A stretch of 64,000 nucleotides of DNA from the human T2T-CHM13v2.0 reference genome, Homo sapiens. The notes under the pieces were generated by a model. It worked only from the letters and a program-made list of their open reading frames with translations. It did no database searches and was not told the DNA's origin. Position 1 is the stretch's first letter, and every line of letters begins with the position of its first letter. Below, piece after piece: positions 1-29,217 of the stretch. The stretch lies in the NCBI RefSeq assembly GCF_009914755.1, contig NC_060933.1; one strand, written 5' to 3'. The translations under genes were made by a program, and so were the position numbers.

Positions 1-644
1 GATTACAGGCATGAGCCACCGCACCCCAGCTAGCTTCCTCATTTGTAGAATGGGAGTGACAACCTTGATCTCCCAGGAACATTGTGAGGTTAAAATGAGG
101 TCATGGACATGAAAAAAGTCCATAAATGGGAACATAGAAGGCACTTGGAAAAATGAGGCAGGATGCAACGTACATGATATCAAAGACTGACTTAGGGCAT
201 CACCCTCGGTCTGACCTTCAGCATCTCAGGTTGGGGTAAACCCAGAGTGAATTGTTAGCAAGCACAGGGATATCTTCACAAGTGATGCCTCTCCTTTGTC
301 CAGAAAGAGCAAATTTCATTCATCCATGTGTCTACTCAGGTTGTTTAGTAGTGACTATCTATGTGAGCTGCCCAGTGCAAACAAGGACTCAGCGATTAGC
401 AATGTCTGCTGAGAATAAGAAATTAGAGTGGTGGAATGTATGCTACATTTTGCCATTTCTATTATAGAAAGTATTATGTCTAAATAATACTTCCACTCTA
501 GCTCTTACCTGGATTTGTTGACAGCCTCCACACTGATCTTTCTGTTTCTTATATCTTCCCATCCTTTGACCCTCAACTTCCACTGCTGGAGTGAATTTTC
601 TGAAATAAAAATCTGACCAAGCCTGATGCAATGGCTCATGCCTA

Positions 645-1741
<1,097 letters not shown>

Positions 1742-2234
1742 CCCTTTTACTCCATTACCTGTCACCACCCCAAGGTTCCCCGCATTGTTCTGAGGATCAA
1801 ATCCGGCTCCCATGGGTGAAAATCAAGGCCTCCATTAACGTTCCCAGTCTCATTTATGGCTACTCACTTCCAAACATCTCAACCTCGAACTCCATTAATC
1901 TGAGGATCTTCAAGAACCAAGATGTGAGGATTGGAAGCAGCTCGGAAAGTTAAACTGAGAACCTTGTTCTTGATGCACAAGACCAGATCAAGATCAGAGG
2001 GGCAGCAAAAAAGAAACCTCACTTCATTTGCCACCAGTGAGTTTAATAAACCAGAAGGGAGACTTTTTTTTTTTTTTTTTTTTTAGACAGAGTCTTGTTC
2101 TGTCACCCAGGCTGGAGTGCAGTGGTGCAATGTTGCAGCCTACTGCAACCTCTGCCTGCCGGGTTTAAGCGATTCTCGTGCCTCAGCCTCCTGAGTAGCC
2201 TTAACTACAGGCACGTGCCACCATGCCCAGCTGA

Positions 2235-2384
<150 letters not shown>

Positions 2385-2387
2385 TAG

Positions 2388-2528
<141 letters not shown>

Positions 2529-2579
2529 TAGCCTAATAGCTGCTGCTTTAAAGAAAAATATGCAAACAGGCTTTTGGGG

Positions 2580-4590
<2,011 letters not shown>

Positions 4591-5443
4591 GTGACTTTTG
4601 TCTGGGCATGGTGGCTCACGCCTGTAATCCCAGCACTTTGGGAGGCTGAGGCAGGAGGATCACTTGAGCCAGGAACTTTGAGATCAGCCTGGGCAACATG
4701 GTGAAACCCCATCTCTACAAAAAATACAAAAGTCAGCCAAGTGTGGTGATGTGCACCTGTAGTCCCAGCTACTTGGGAGGCTCAGGTGGGAGGATCGCTT
4801 GAGCCTGGGAAGTAGAGGCTGCAAAAAGAAATGTTATTCAAAATTTATAAACACAGTGCTCTTCATTTGAAATTTTAGTTTCTCCCCATAGCTTGTTTTA
4901 GTTCTATTGGAAATAACGGGTAAGTAAATTTTCTTTTTCGCCATTCTCAGATTGTCTTCTTGTTTTTTCCTTTGTTTCAATGAAAGAAATTAACCCATTT
5001 ATGTATAGTAGGGCTAATATGTTTGGTCATTTTCTAGGCATCTTGCTTATGTTTATTTGTTTGTCTCCTTAATATGAATGGAGGAGAATTAGGAGCACTT
5101 TTATCTGCCAGTGCCTAACATCTGGTCTGGGGCATAGTAAATGCTCATCAAATGTTTGTGGAAAATTGACGAACGGCTCAACAAGTGGCTTTACCCTGTA
5201 GCTGGATAGATAGACACAGGGTCTTGACTTCACTGTGATAATAATGATAACTATCACAGAAGTTACCTTTAAGTTGAATAACATGGTATTCAATTTAATA
5301 TATATATTAGACAACAATCACCAATTATGAATAGTCTTAGCAAAGGGCCTGGATATGGTAATCCCTGAATAAATTGTACCTGTTATTTATCAAGCATTGA
5401 CTAAGACCCAGGCATGCTGCTACACAATCTTATTTAATCCTCA

Positions 5444-5818
<375 letters not shown>

Positions 5819-5842
5819 CTAAGCATTGACCACTGAGCTTGA

Positions 5843-6203
<361 letters not shown>

Positions 6204-6372
6204 TAATTTACTCTGCAAACATTACAAAAGGGTTATGCAGATCTATACTAACACAGAAAGACACCCCTGATACTTTATTAAATAAAAGAAAGTTTGGGGG
6301 ACTGGGCACAATGGCTCACACCTGTAATCCCAACACTTTGGGAGGCCAAGGCCAGCAGATCACTTGAGTTCA

Positions 6373-6629
<257 letters not shown>

Positions 6630-6944
6630 TCATGCCCAGCTAATTTTTTTGTATTTTTAGTAGAGACAGGGTTTCACCATGTTGGTCAGGATGGTCTTGA
6701 TCTCCTGGCCTCGTGATCCGTCCACCTCGGCCTCCCAAAGTGCTGGGATTACAGGCGTGAGCCACCACGCCTGGCCAAGAAAAGAAAAATTTTAAACCAC
6801 ATGTAGAGTGTAGTTTTATTTCTATAAAATTGTATGTATGTATAGTGAGGAGGGAAAGTGTTATTTTAAACAGAAGTGATTGCAGGAGCTCTTCCATTTG
6901 CATAGAATATTGCCTGATAGGATACGTGGTATGCAAGAAGGGCA

Positions 6945-7072
6945 GTCACAAAAGGCCACATATTGTATGATATCATATATACAAAATGTCAGAATTGGCA
7001 AGTCCAGAGAGACAGAGATTCATGGTTGCCAAGGACTGAGGGGATAGGGAGTAACTGCTTGTAGATATGAAG
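6945..7072 (+). mobile_element. L1M (L1MB-like) 3' fragment
   Basis: CAAAAGGCCACATATTGTATGAT...GAGACAGA...TGGTTGCCAAGG motif. Confidence 0.6.
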
Positions 7073-7705
7073 GTTTTCTTTCTTCTCTTTCTTTCTTTCT
7101 CTCTCCTTCCTTCCTTCCTTTCTCTTTCCTTTCTCTTTCTTTCTTTCTCTCATTCCTTTCTTTCTCTTTCCTCTTTCTCTCTTTCCTTCTTTCTTTCTCT
7201 CTTTCCCTTTCTTTCTTTTTTCCTTCCTTTCTTTCTCTTTCTTTCTTTCTCTTTCCTTCCCTTCCTTCCTTCTTTCCTTCCTTCCTCTCTCTCTCCTTCC
7301 TTCTTCCCTCCCTCCTTCCTTCCTCTTTCTTTCTTTCTTTCTCTCTTCCTTCCTTCCTCTCTCTCTCCTTCCTTCCTCCCTCCCTCCTTCTTTCCTTCCT
7401 TCCTTTCTTTCTAATTTCTTTCTTTCTCTCTCTCCTTCCTTCCTCTCTCTCTCTCCTTCCTCCCTCCCTCCTTCTTTCCTTCCTTCCTTTCTTTCTTCTT
7501 TCTTTCTTTCTCTCTCTCCTTCCTTCCTCTCTCTCTTTCTCTTTCCTTCTTTCTCTCTCTTTCTTTCTCTTTTCTCTCTCTCTCCTTCCCTTCCTTCTTT
7601 CTTTCCTTCCTCCCTTCCTGTCTTTCTTTCGTTGCTCTCTCTCCTTCCTTCCTCTGTCTTTCTCCCTCTCTCTCCCTCTCTCCTTCCTTCCTCTCTCTCT
7701 CTCTC
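7073..7705. repeat. About 630 bp polypyrimidine tract, mosaic of (TTTC)n/(TTCC)n/(TC)n
   Basis: Seen directly; adjoins a short minus-strand Alu remnant at about 7721-7745. Confidence 0.95.
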
Positions 7706-8479
7706 CACCCCCACCCACCCGAGGCTGGAGTGCAGTACAATGATCAGGGCTTTGATTCATGTCTGTCCCGTGAAGACAGCTCCACCCTTCATCCCCAGGA
7801 TCCAGGCGAGCCTGGCACAGAGTAGGCACTCAATAAATAGTTATTGACTAGGCTGAAGAATTAGTACCTTGCAAGAGGCAGATGTGAACTCTGGAAGATG
7901 ACATCAAGAGCTTTCTCTGGGTGGTGCGATTTTTTATTAAAGTATAGCATGACAGCAGAGTGCTCACTTCTTAGGCGTAGCTCAGTGACCATACAAATAA
8001 ACGCACTTGTGTAAGTAGCTGGGAGGTGTGATATGGAGTAATTTTATTTTCCTTTTTGTCCTTTCTGGCTGGTTTAAATCTTTTTCAGTGATGTAATGAG
8101 CATCACTTATAGGGTCTGTGTCATTTTTACAAAATGCCTTTTTCGAATGAAGAAAAAAACATCCATTTTCAATTATTTGGGATGTGGAAGGAACCCATGG
8201 GGTGATAAGAATTTTTTCCTTCCCTTGTTTTCTTTTACCTCCCTCCCTCCCCCGACCCCAGCAGGAGCACGCTTCTGGTGTTTTAGATACCCCCTTTCTC
8301 CCTCCAGGGGTGGTTTGGAGTTTTTACAAAGATCCTGAAGTGTTTGCTGAGCTCAGAATTAAAATCAAGGTAAACAAAGTAAATCTCTTTGTTTTGAGAA
8401 AATTATACAGCTGTTTGTGTTTGACACTTCTTTTTCTCCAAAGGCTGGAGTTTGGGGGATTTGGAATATCTGGCTTTTA

Positions 8480-8804
<325 letters not shown>

Positions 8805-8884
8805 AATATCTGGCTTTTAAAATAAAGTCTTGAAATCTATTCTCAAAGATATGCCCAGATTAATAATTTGTATGTGATGAAGTG

Positions 8885-9480
8885 ATTCATTCATTCATTC
8901 GTTCGTTTATTCATGTGTTCATTCACTGGTGTCTGCCTCTGTGCCAGGCCCATCCTGAGTGTGGGGAATATAGACATGGATCACATCTAGTCCCTGTCCC
9001 CAGGGAGACAGACATGGTCACAACAATCACTTCAAACCACGATTGGTGATTTAACGAGAGCTGGGTGGGTAAGATGTGGAGCAGAGGCTGACTGTCATCT
9101 AAGAGAAGGAACACTTGTGGTGGGTTTTGAGGTATACATAGAAGTTTTCCATGCAGAGAAGAGGTGGAAAGGCATTCCAGGCAGAAGGAACAGCTGTGCT
9201 AAGGCACAAAGACCGAGATAGCATAGAGCATTGGGTGCAGTGGTCATGAGCATCAGGGCCTAGCCAGGCTGCTTGGGTCTGAGTCCTGCCTTACACATCT
9301 CTTAGCTGTATGATCCAGAGCAAGTTTTTGCTCTCTCTGTGCCTCAGTTTCCTCACCTACGAAGTAGAGGTAATGACAGCACCTATATTATAGAGTTGCT
9401 AAGGGTTAATTCAGATAAACCAAGTAAAGCGCTTAGGCCAGGCCCTGCACAGGATAGGCGTTCGGTAAATTGTCAGCGCC
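8885..9480. mobile_element. L2 3' end and MIR remnants
   Basis: (TTCA)n followed by CTCTGTGCCAGGC (L2 tail); CTCTGTGCCTCAGTTTCCTCA (MIR core) at about 9335. Confidence 0.6.
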
Positions 9481-9607
9481 TAGTTAGGGTGAGCTGAGTA
9501 CTGGGAAACAGGTGCCATAATTGAGATGGAGCAGGTGTGAGGGCAGAAAAGGGTGGATTCGTTTCATGCTCTTGGGAGACGTCCTGATACGAAATCTGCG
9601 GGGGGAG

Positions 9608-15680
<6,073 letters not shown>

Positions 15681-16058
15681 AAAGAAACGAGAGACAAGGA
15701 AATGTATAAAAAGCAAGAAAAAAGGCACAAAAGGTAGATTTTTTAAAACCAAGTAAATCAGTAAGTGTGAACAAACTAGATAAATCATTCAATTAAGGGA
15801 GACACATTGAAACAAAATGATACAGAAAGGTCAACATAAAAGGGTATGTTATTAGAGGTGTCCAAGAAAAGGATGGGAAAAGATATAGCATGAGAACAAC
15901 CAGAAGAAACATTTTATAATGACAAGTTTAATTTGTGCATATACCTACATATATACGTATACATATACACATATGTATTATTTTAAGAGTTTCACTCTTG
16001 TTATCCAGGCTGGAGTGCAATGGCACAATCTCAGCTCAGTTTAACCTCCACCTCCTGG

Positions 16059-17980
<1,922 letters not shown>

Positions 17981-20528
17981 TAAGCCCTCGCAGAGTGCGC
18001 AATGGAGACTTGCATAGAACGGCACAGCTGCGGGCAGTGGAAGGCTGAGATTTAGGCCTGAACTTCTGGAAAGAAATGGGAGAGGAAATGACTCGATGTT
18101 CCTCCTACCCCTACTGGTCAGGAAGGGAAGGGCAATGCCCCAGACAGGCCGAGGAGGGCTTCCTACCCACCCCTACCCCCAGACACAGGGGCCCTGGGCT
18201 GGCAGGAGTCCATTATCATGAAGTCTCAGGGGTGGGGGCAGCTGAGCAAACATCAGTTCCCTGGCCTGATACAAAATGGCCATTGAAGCATTTCAGGGCC
18301 TGGGGGAGGTGTGGGGCTGCTGAGACAAGCTTCTGAATGGAGGGGCCGGGCTACTGCACGGCACCCCAGCTGCCAACACTTTCAACTTTGTGATGAGGAA
18401 GCTGAGGCCCAGACAAGCCGATACATTAGCCTGGACTCACACAGCCAGTCAGATCCCATCATTCTGGCCCACAGGGTGGGGGTCTGGGGGGTGCCCAATG
18501 GAGGCCGGTGCCAAGTTCCAGGTGTGAGCCCATGGACCCAGGAACCCACAAGTTGCCTGTACTTAGCCCCAGCTCCAGGTGGCTCAGAGCAGCCCTTGCC
18601 AGCCCTGAGAGGCTCAGCAAGGAGCTCAAGGTCACACGGCAAGCAGAAACTGCCAGTGTCTCCCTGCCCGGCCAGGGCGGCTCCCACTTTCTGGCCTGAG
18701 CTCTGCTTCCCACATGACCCCCACTCTCCCAAGCCCCATCCGTCAGCTGTCTCCTTGGAGGGCGCTGCGAGGCTGGTCAGATTTCCACAGGGCACATGGG
18801 TGCCGGGTGTGACTGGGACAGCTGGGAGGGCAGGTGGGCGGAGGGGGCTGCTGGCGGCACGAGGCCCCAGCCAGGGATGGGATCCTGCAGCAACTGCTCC
18901 AGGCTGCCCGAGGGGGGCCAGGCCCTCATGGGGGAGCTGATTCTGGGTCCGTATCCCAGCTGTGCCACCGAACTGGCTGGTGACCCTCGTTTGGCGTCTC
19001 TTCCTCTCCTGGATTCTCGAGTTCCCCAGCTGGTGGCGCTGTGATGGTCAGGTTATTATTAATTATTATCATTATTACCTCCTGGTGGCCTGGGAAGAAA
19101 TGGTCAGGCCAGAGAACCTAAGCAGAGGTGGCTGGGGGGCCACTTGACCCCTGAAGTTCCATTGGCTTCCTAAAGCTCCATTTGGCCATTTGGGCTGTCC
19201 CTTGCTGCTGCTGAAGGCCCCTGTTGCTCACCACGGCTCCCCCAATGCTTGTGACAGCACAGTTCAGAACTCGCGTGAGATTGGAGTCATTCTGGCTGGA
19301 GGGGGGCCAGAGGCCCAGAATTCCAGCCCTGCGTCTCCTCTTTCTCCACATTTCACCCCCCGACCCCCCTGCACCAGGTAGCTCTGAGGCCACCCTTGGC
19401 ACCGTCAGGGTTCCATGACACCTACTTTGAAAACCATGGCCAGAATGCCATCTAAGCCCCTTAGCTAGGCATTCCAAGCCTCCATTCCCCACGCCTCCCC
19501 CAAGTCTCTAATTCTTATTTTCCCCAGGTGTCCCCCAGGTGACCCAGTGCCCACCACACCCGATTCCTGGCTGCTTCAGAAACAGGCTCTGCAGCTTTAC
19601 CCTGGGGCCTTTATAGATGCCGTTTCTGCCTCTCAGAATCTTCTTTTCCGCTTAGCACCTGGCAAATACTTCCTTAACTCCAGAGGCCTGGAAGCCCATT
19701 GTCTCCTCCCAGAAGACCTCCCTGATTGCGGAAAGAGGGTCCCTTGCTCTTCCCTGAGCTCTCTGGGGCCCTGCAGAGGTCAGGGGGCCCAGAGGGGTTG
19801 AGGGGCGTGATCCGGCAAGGACGGGAGGGAGGGAAAAGGGAGGGATGTAGATGGAAGGCAATGGGTGGAGGGCAGGAGCAAGGGAAGAATGGGGGGCGGG
19901 GGAAGGCACCACCTTCTGCCCCTCCCCTCACCCCTAGCGCCTATACCCGCGTCCTCTCTCCTCTCCTCCACCCCACCCTGGGGCCAAGCATCTTCTCCAG
20001 GCTCCAGGGAGGAGAGGAATTCCAGGAGCCCCATTTCAGGGTCCCAGGTGGGCCACCAGTCCAGAGGATCAAGGGATAAGGGAGAACGGTCATGAGCCAA
20101 CACCCACTCCAAGTTCCACATCTCATGGCTCAGCTCCCAGATGATCTGCCTTCCTGGGCTGCTTTCCGGGGGGGGTCGGGTCCCCCTAGAGCCCCAGGAG
20201 GTCGGCGTAGGCCTCCAGGACGCAGGCCTTCTGCTACCATCACAGACACCACAGGCCTGCTACTCACCCGGGACAGGAAGCCACTTTCTGAGCACCAGCT
20301 ATGTTCAAGGCCCCGGGCCAGGCACTCACTGGTTTGGTCTCATTTAACTGGGCAACACCTCCCTTCTCAGGGACCAAGCACCACTTCACTGAGGGAAAAT
20401 GGGGTTCAGTGGAGAAGCTGTTAGAAGGACACACCCCCCCCCAAACTGTGCACAGTCTCCTTTAAAAGAGCGAAGTTGGTGGAAGAAGACAGGGAGCAGA
20501 CACATGTGCCCTTTGTGTTTTATTCTGA

Positions 20529-20842
<314 letters not shown>

Positions 20843-21092
20843 TAATCCACCTGCCTCAGCCTCCCAAAGTGCTGAGATTACAGGCGTGAGCCACCACGCC
20901 TGGTTTATGCTTTAATATTGTTGTGTCCAAGACTGTTTAAGAATTTTTTTTTTTTTTTTTTGAGGCAGAGTCTCCCTCTGTGGCCCAGGCAGGAGTGCAG
21001 TGGCACAATTTAAGAATTTTAAAAATTGGGGGCAGGCCCAGGGGCTCATTCCTGTAATCCCAGCACTTTGGGAGGCCAAAATGGGCAGATCA

Positions 21093-21573
<481 letters not shown>

Positions 21574-22517
21574 TCACGCCTGTAATTCCAGCACTTTGGA
21601 AGGCCGAGGCAGTTGGATCACCTGAGGTCAGGAGTTTGAGACCAGCCTGGCCAACATGGTGAAACCCCACCTCTATTAAAAATACAAAAATTACCTGGGC
21701 ATGGTGGCGGACCCCTGTAATCCCAGCTCCTTGGGAGGCTGAGGCAGGAGAATCACTTGAACTCGGGAGGCAGAGGTGACATCCAGCCTGGGTGACAGAG
21801 CTTAAAAATTAAATAAATGAAACAGCATAAAAATCCTCTCTAGCTGGGTTGTGGCCCTGCCCCCACAAGCTGGACAGGCCTGTCACAGAGGCCCTGACTG
21901 GCTGGCTGCCCCCTACCCTGCCCTGCACCCTCGATCCACCCCAGACCTGGGCCTGACATCCACAGGGTGGCGTGTTCAAGACCTTCCACTGGTGCTCAGC
22001 TCAGAGCCTCAGAGAGTTCTCCTCTGTAAGACTCACCAGAATGTGGGAGAGGCCGGAGGAGACCCGTGGGTGTGAGTCCCTGAACTTGAGAACTGGGAAT
22101 GCAGGCTGGGGCTGTGGGCCCACGCTGGGGACAGTGGGTGGTGGTCAAACCCCCTGGGCTTCTCAGGTTCCTTCTGACGTCTAGGTCACTTTGCTATCCA
22201 AACAGAATGACTGTCTTAGAAAAACACGTATTAAAAAATACGGTAAGATAAATAAGGCTGAGTTTCTAGATCTGGCAAATCGTATTCCAAGAGAGCCAGA
22301 GTGAAGGGTATGAATCTGACGCCACACAGAACAGCCCAGAGATGGCCCGGGGGCTGTTGCTCATGCCTGTAATCCCAGCACTTCGGGATGCCAAGGTCGG
22401 GCAGATCACCTGAGGTCAGGAGTTCGAGACCAGCCTGGCCAACATGGTGAAACCCCGTCTCTACTAAAAATATGAAAATTAACCAGGCGTGGTGGTGTGT
22501 GCCTGTAATCCCAGCTA

Positions 22518-22625
<108 letters not shown>

Positions 22626-23013
22626 TCAAAAAAAATAAACAACAACAAAAAACAACAACAACAACAAAAAAAACAGGCCTGAGGCCAGAAGCCAGTAGAG
22701 AAGAGAGCACCATCACCCCACCCTTCTAGAAGGGTGAGCCCAGGAGTCATGGACTCATGAGCCCAGACTCGCCAAGCAAAGTCGGGGGCAGATTGTTCAG
22801 GAAGTGATTTCAGAGTCCTCAGAAGATGGAGTGTGACTGGCAATGCAGACGAAGGTCACTGGAAAGTGAACCAAGCTGCTGTTGTCCCTCTCCATAACAG
22901 GTGACCGGGCCCAACCCACACACAGGCTGCCTGGATTTCTGCAAAACACAGGAGGTTTTCCTTTTTTATTTCTTTTTAAATTGTTTTGTTTCAGGGCTGG
23001 GCATAGTGGCTCA

Positions 23014-23379
<366 letters not shown>

Positions 23380-23613
23380 TTATTTAATTTTGGCATCCAA
23401 AACAGAACAGAATAGTATGACGTAACCCATTAAAAGAATAGTGGCCGTTATAGATAACATCCTTCAATACTGAACCTAAGTGTGAGGTTTTTTTTTTTTT
23501 TTTCTGAGATGGAGTCTCACTCTGTCGCCCAGGCTTAAGTGCAGTGGCCCGATCTTGGCTCACCATGACCTCCGCCTCCCAGGTTAAGGGATTCTCCTGC
23601 CTCAGCCTCCTGA

Positions 23614-23787
<174 letters not shown>

Positions 23788-24510
23788 TGAACCCAAGGGT
23801 GAGTTTTTTGTTTTTGTTTTTATCTTGCTGTTTGTTTGCTTGTTTGGCAGCCACGTAGCTTGTCTTTCTACACCTGCATGGATCAGTTATTGAATTAAAC
23901 TGCCCCCTGGGAAGAGGTAGATTTGAGTGAAGCGGTTTCTGCTAGTTTAGGGCAACACCTGAGAAAGGCCTCGGCTGTGAACCATCAGCGGAGACACTTC
24001 CGGTTGCTGGAGCATGAAAGTTTAATCCCTGAAGAGGCCACGGAGCAGCACAGGAGTCACTGCACCCGCCTTGCCTCGCTTCAGTCCTTCGTTTCACATA
24101 ATCAGTGTGCTCCATTAGGGATTAGCTCTTCCAGGGCTGTGGTTGGTCACTTTTCACGCACCTTAGTAGCGTGCTCTATTTTGTCTCAGGTTCATTTTCC
24201 ACGTTCATTTGCTCTTTAGATGACAAAATGTCTACATCAGTTGAATCAGGATCTAGAAGTCCCTGATTTCAGATGCAGCTTCCACACTGATCAACTAGCT
24301 TTGTGATTCTCATTTAGTCACAGTCTCCTGTTTTCTTTTCTCTTTTTTTTTTTTTTTTTTGAGATAGAGTCTTGCTCTGTGGCCCAGGCTGGAGTGCAAA
24401 TAGCACGATCTCGGCTCACTGCAACCTCTGCTTCCCAGGTTCAAGCGATTCTCTTGCCTCAGCCTCTTGAGTAGCTGGGGATGCAGGCACATGCCACCAC
24501 GCCTGGCTAA

Positions 24511-24633
<123 letters not shown>

Positions 24634-24952
24634 TAGCTGGAATTACAGGCGTATGCCACCACACCCAGCTCATTTTTTGTATTTTTAGTAGAGATGGAGT
24701 TTCACCATCTTGGCCAGGCTGGTCTTGAACTCCTGACCTCATGATCCACCTGCCTCGGCCTCCCAAAGTGCTGGGATTACAGGCGTGAGCCACCATGCCT
24801 GGCCAATTTTTGTATTTTTAATAGAGATGGGGTTTCACCATGTTGGCCAGGATGGTCTCGGTCTCCTGACCTCATGATCCACCCACCTAGGCCTCCCGAA
24901 GTGCCGGGATTACAGGCATGAGCCACCGCGCCCAGCCCTCCTGTTTTCTTTA

Positions 24953-25045
24953 GAGTTCCACGTGACTGGGGAGGCCTCACAATCATGACAGAGGGCAAAA
25001 GACATGTCTCACATGGCGGCAGACAAGAGAAGAGAATGAGACAGT
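24953..25045 (+). mobile_element. THE1/MST MaLR LTR fragment
   Basis: GTTCCACGTGACTGGGGAGGCCTCACAATCATG...CACATGGCGGCAGACAAGAGAAG. Confidence 0.7.
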
Positions 25046-26415
25046 TTTTTTGATACATAAGTTGTTCATATTTATGAAGTACATGTGATATTTTGAGACA
25101 TATATACAATGAGTAATGATCAGATTACGGTAATTAGGAAATTCATCACCTCAAACATTGATCAGTTATTTGTGTTGGGAACATTCCAGATCTTCTCTTC
25201 TAGCTATTTTGTAACGTACAATAACTTGTTAACTATAGTTGCCCTTGGCCAGGTGTGGTGGCTCATGCCTGTAATCTCAGCAATTTGGGAGGCTGAGATG
25301 GGAGGATTTCTGGCAACATCGTGAGACTCCAGCTCTACAACTTTAAGCTCTACAGCTCTACAGCTAATTTTTTTTTTTAATTAGCTGGGTGTGGTGGCAT
25401 GTGTCTGTAGCCCCAGCTACTCAAGAAGTCTGGGCGGGAGGATCACTTGAACCCGGGAGGTCAAGGCTTTAGTGAGCAGTGATTGCGCCACTTCACTCCA
25501 GCCTGGGCAACAAAGCGAGATCCTGTCACAAAACAAAACAAAAAAGCATAGTTACCTTACTGTGCTATCTGACACTAGAACTTACTCCTTCTATCTATTT
25601 TTTTTTTTTTTTTGAGACCGGGTCTCACTCTGTCACCCAGGCTGGGGTGCAGTAGCATGATCTTGGCTCACTGCAACCTCCACCTCCTGGGTTCAAGTGA
25701 TTCTCGTGCCTGAGCCTCCCTGCTAGCTGGGATTACAGGTGCCTGCCACCACGCCTGGCTAATTTTTGTAGTTTTAGTAGAGATGGGGTTTCAGCATGTT
25801 GGCCAGGCTGGTCTCAAACTCCTGACCTCAGGTGATCCATCCACTTTGGCCTCCCAAAGTGCTGGGATTACAGGTGTGAGCCACCACACCCGGCCTATCT
25901 AAGTGTATTTTTGTACCCATTATCCAACCTCTCTTCATCCTCCCCTCTCCCCTACTTCCCCACATCCTCACCAGCATCTTTTATTTTCTTTTGTGGGGTT
26001 TTTTGTTTGTTTTTTGTTTGTTTGTTTGTTTGAGACCGGGTCTCACTCTGGTCACCCAAGCTGGAGTGCAGTGGCATGATCACAGCTCACTGCAGCCTGG
26101 CCCTCCTGGGCTCAGGTGATCCTCGCACTCAGGCTCCCGAGTAGCTGGGATCACATGTGCACACCATCACATCCGGCCAATTTTTTGTATTTTTAGTAGA
26201 GACTGGTTTTCACCATGCTGCCCAGGCTGGTCTTGAACTCTTGGGCTCAAGCAATCCACCTGCCTCAGCCTCCTAAAGTGCTGGGATAGCAGGGGTGAGC
26301 CACCTTGCCTGGCCCTATTTTCTGTCTTTTTGATAAAAACCATTTTAACTGGGGTGAGATGATATCTCATTGTGGTTTTGATTTGCATTTTCCCAGTGAT
26401 TAGTGACATTAAGCG
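25046..26415 (-). mobile_element. L1MA-like 3' end and ORF2 C-terminal fragment, interrupted by Alus
   Basis: Minus-strand translation MQIKTTMRYHLTPVKM matches the L1 ORF2p C-terminal region; L1 3'UTR-like sequence at 25046-25245. Confidence 0.75.
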
Positions 26416-26460
26416 TTTTTTTTGTTTGTTTTTCGTTTTTGGGTTTTTTTTTTTTTCTGA

Positions 26461-26836
<376 letters not shown>

Positions 26837-27382
26837 TGATAGCCCAGCTAACCATGCACAGGTGCCGTTCCAAGCACTTTACATACATTAATCCTCAAAG
26901 CCAACCTCATGCAGCAGGTACTAATTATTATCCTGATTTTAGAGGTGAGGAAAAGGAGGCACGGAAGCATTAAGTAACTGGCCCGAGGTCACAGGTGGTA
27001 GGTGACGGAGTCAGATCAGGGTGCAGCTGCCTGGCTTCTGAGGCTACACAGGTCACAGCTGGTTTTAAGCTGAACTAGAGCTTCCTGATTGATTCACAGA
27101 CCAGGGTGGAGGTGGGGGAAGAATCCCAGGTCTTAATCTGGACAGCCCTCCCCTCACCGAGAAGTGGGTACCTGACCCCAGCTGGGTCAATCACGAGCTC
27201 TCTGAGGATCCTGATTTGCTGGGCTGCTCCCGGGATGAGTGAGTAGCACTGCTTCCTGCCCTTCCCTGGTGTGACAGTGTTGCTGTCTTTCCAATCCGTC
27301 ATCCCAGAGCTTCTTGGTCCCTTTTGGCCATCCATGGTTTCTGTTGTTTGCAACCAGAGAACCCTGCTTGAGGTAGAATCTA

Positions 27383-27695
<313 letters not shown>

Positions 27696-27762
27696 CTAAA
27701 TTACTTTCCTCCCCACCCGGACCTTTCCTAAGGGACTGTACCCTCCCTGACCCCATGGTTAG

Positions 27763-28286
<524 letters not shown>

Positions 28287-28878
28287 TAGACGGCTGGATG
28301 GGGGCCAAGAAGATGACCTTTAACCAGCATAATGTAAGGTCTTGCGTGCGTTTCCGAAGAACTCATTGTGTGAGTACCAGACAGGGGAGGGAGGGCTGGC
28401 TGGACAGCAGTTCATGGGAAAAAGTTCTCGTGCATTTGCAGTGAATAACATAGCTCTTGGAAACATAAATGCCTCTAGTAATGCAGACTGCATTACTAGA
28501 GATGGAGTGTCTAGGAAACTGGAGATGACAGTACCTTTCAGCTTGGTGGTTGTCAGTCCAAACAGTGAGCATGCTTCTAGTTCTGGTCCACACACTTTTT
28601 AAGAGGGATAATGACAGGCCAGGTGCGGTGGCTCACGCCTGTAATCCCAGCACTTTGGGAGGCCAAGGCAGGCGGATCACGTGTCCGGCTAAATTTTGTA
28701 TTTTTAGTAGACAGGGTTTCACCATGTTGGCCAGGCTGGTCTCGAACTCCTGACCTCGTGATCTGCCTGCCTCGGCCTCCCAAAGTGCTGGGATTACAGG
28801 GGTGAGCCACTGCATCTGGCTGGGAACAGGTATGTTTTAAAACCTGGAGGGCAGGCACGGCGCGGTGGCTCATGCCTA

Positions 28879-29217
<339 letters not shown>

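Noticed and set aside
6989-7829. 241-aa and 269-aa Arg/Glu/Lys-rich ORFs
   Set aside because: Translations of the purine strand of a simple repeat that lacks stop codons.
18626-18634. Perfect TCAAGGTCA NR5A/ESRR/NR6A1-type site
   Set aside because: A single 9-mer is expected about 0.5 times by chance in 64 kb on two strands.
18311-19044. 209-aa and 82-aa ORFs in a repeat-poor GC-rich island
   Set aside because: Low-complexity G/P/A-rich translations with no family match and no convincing exon structure.
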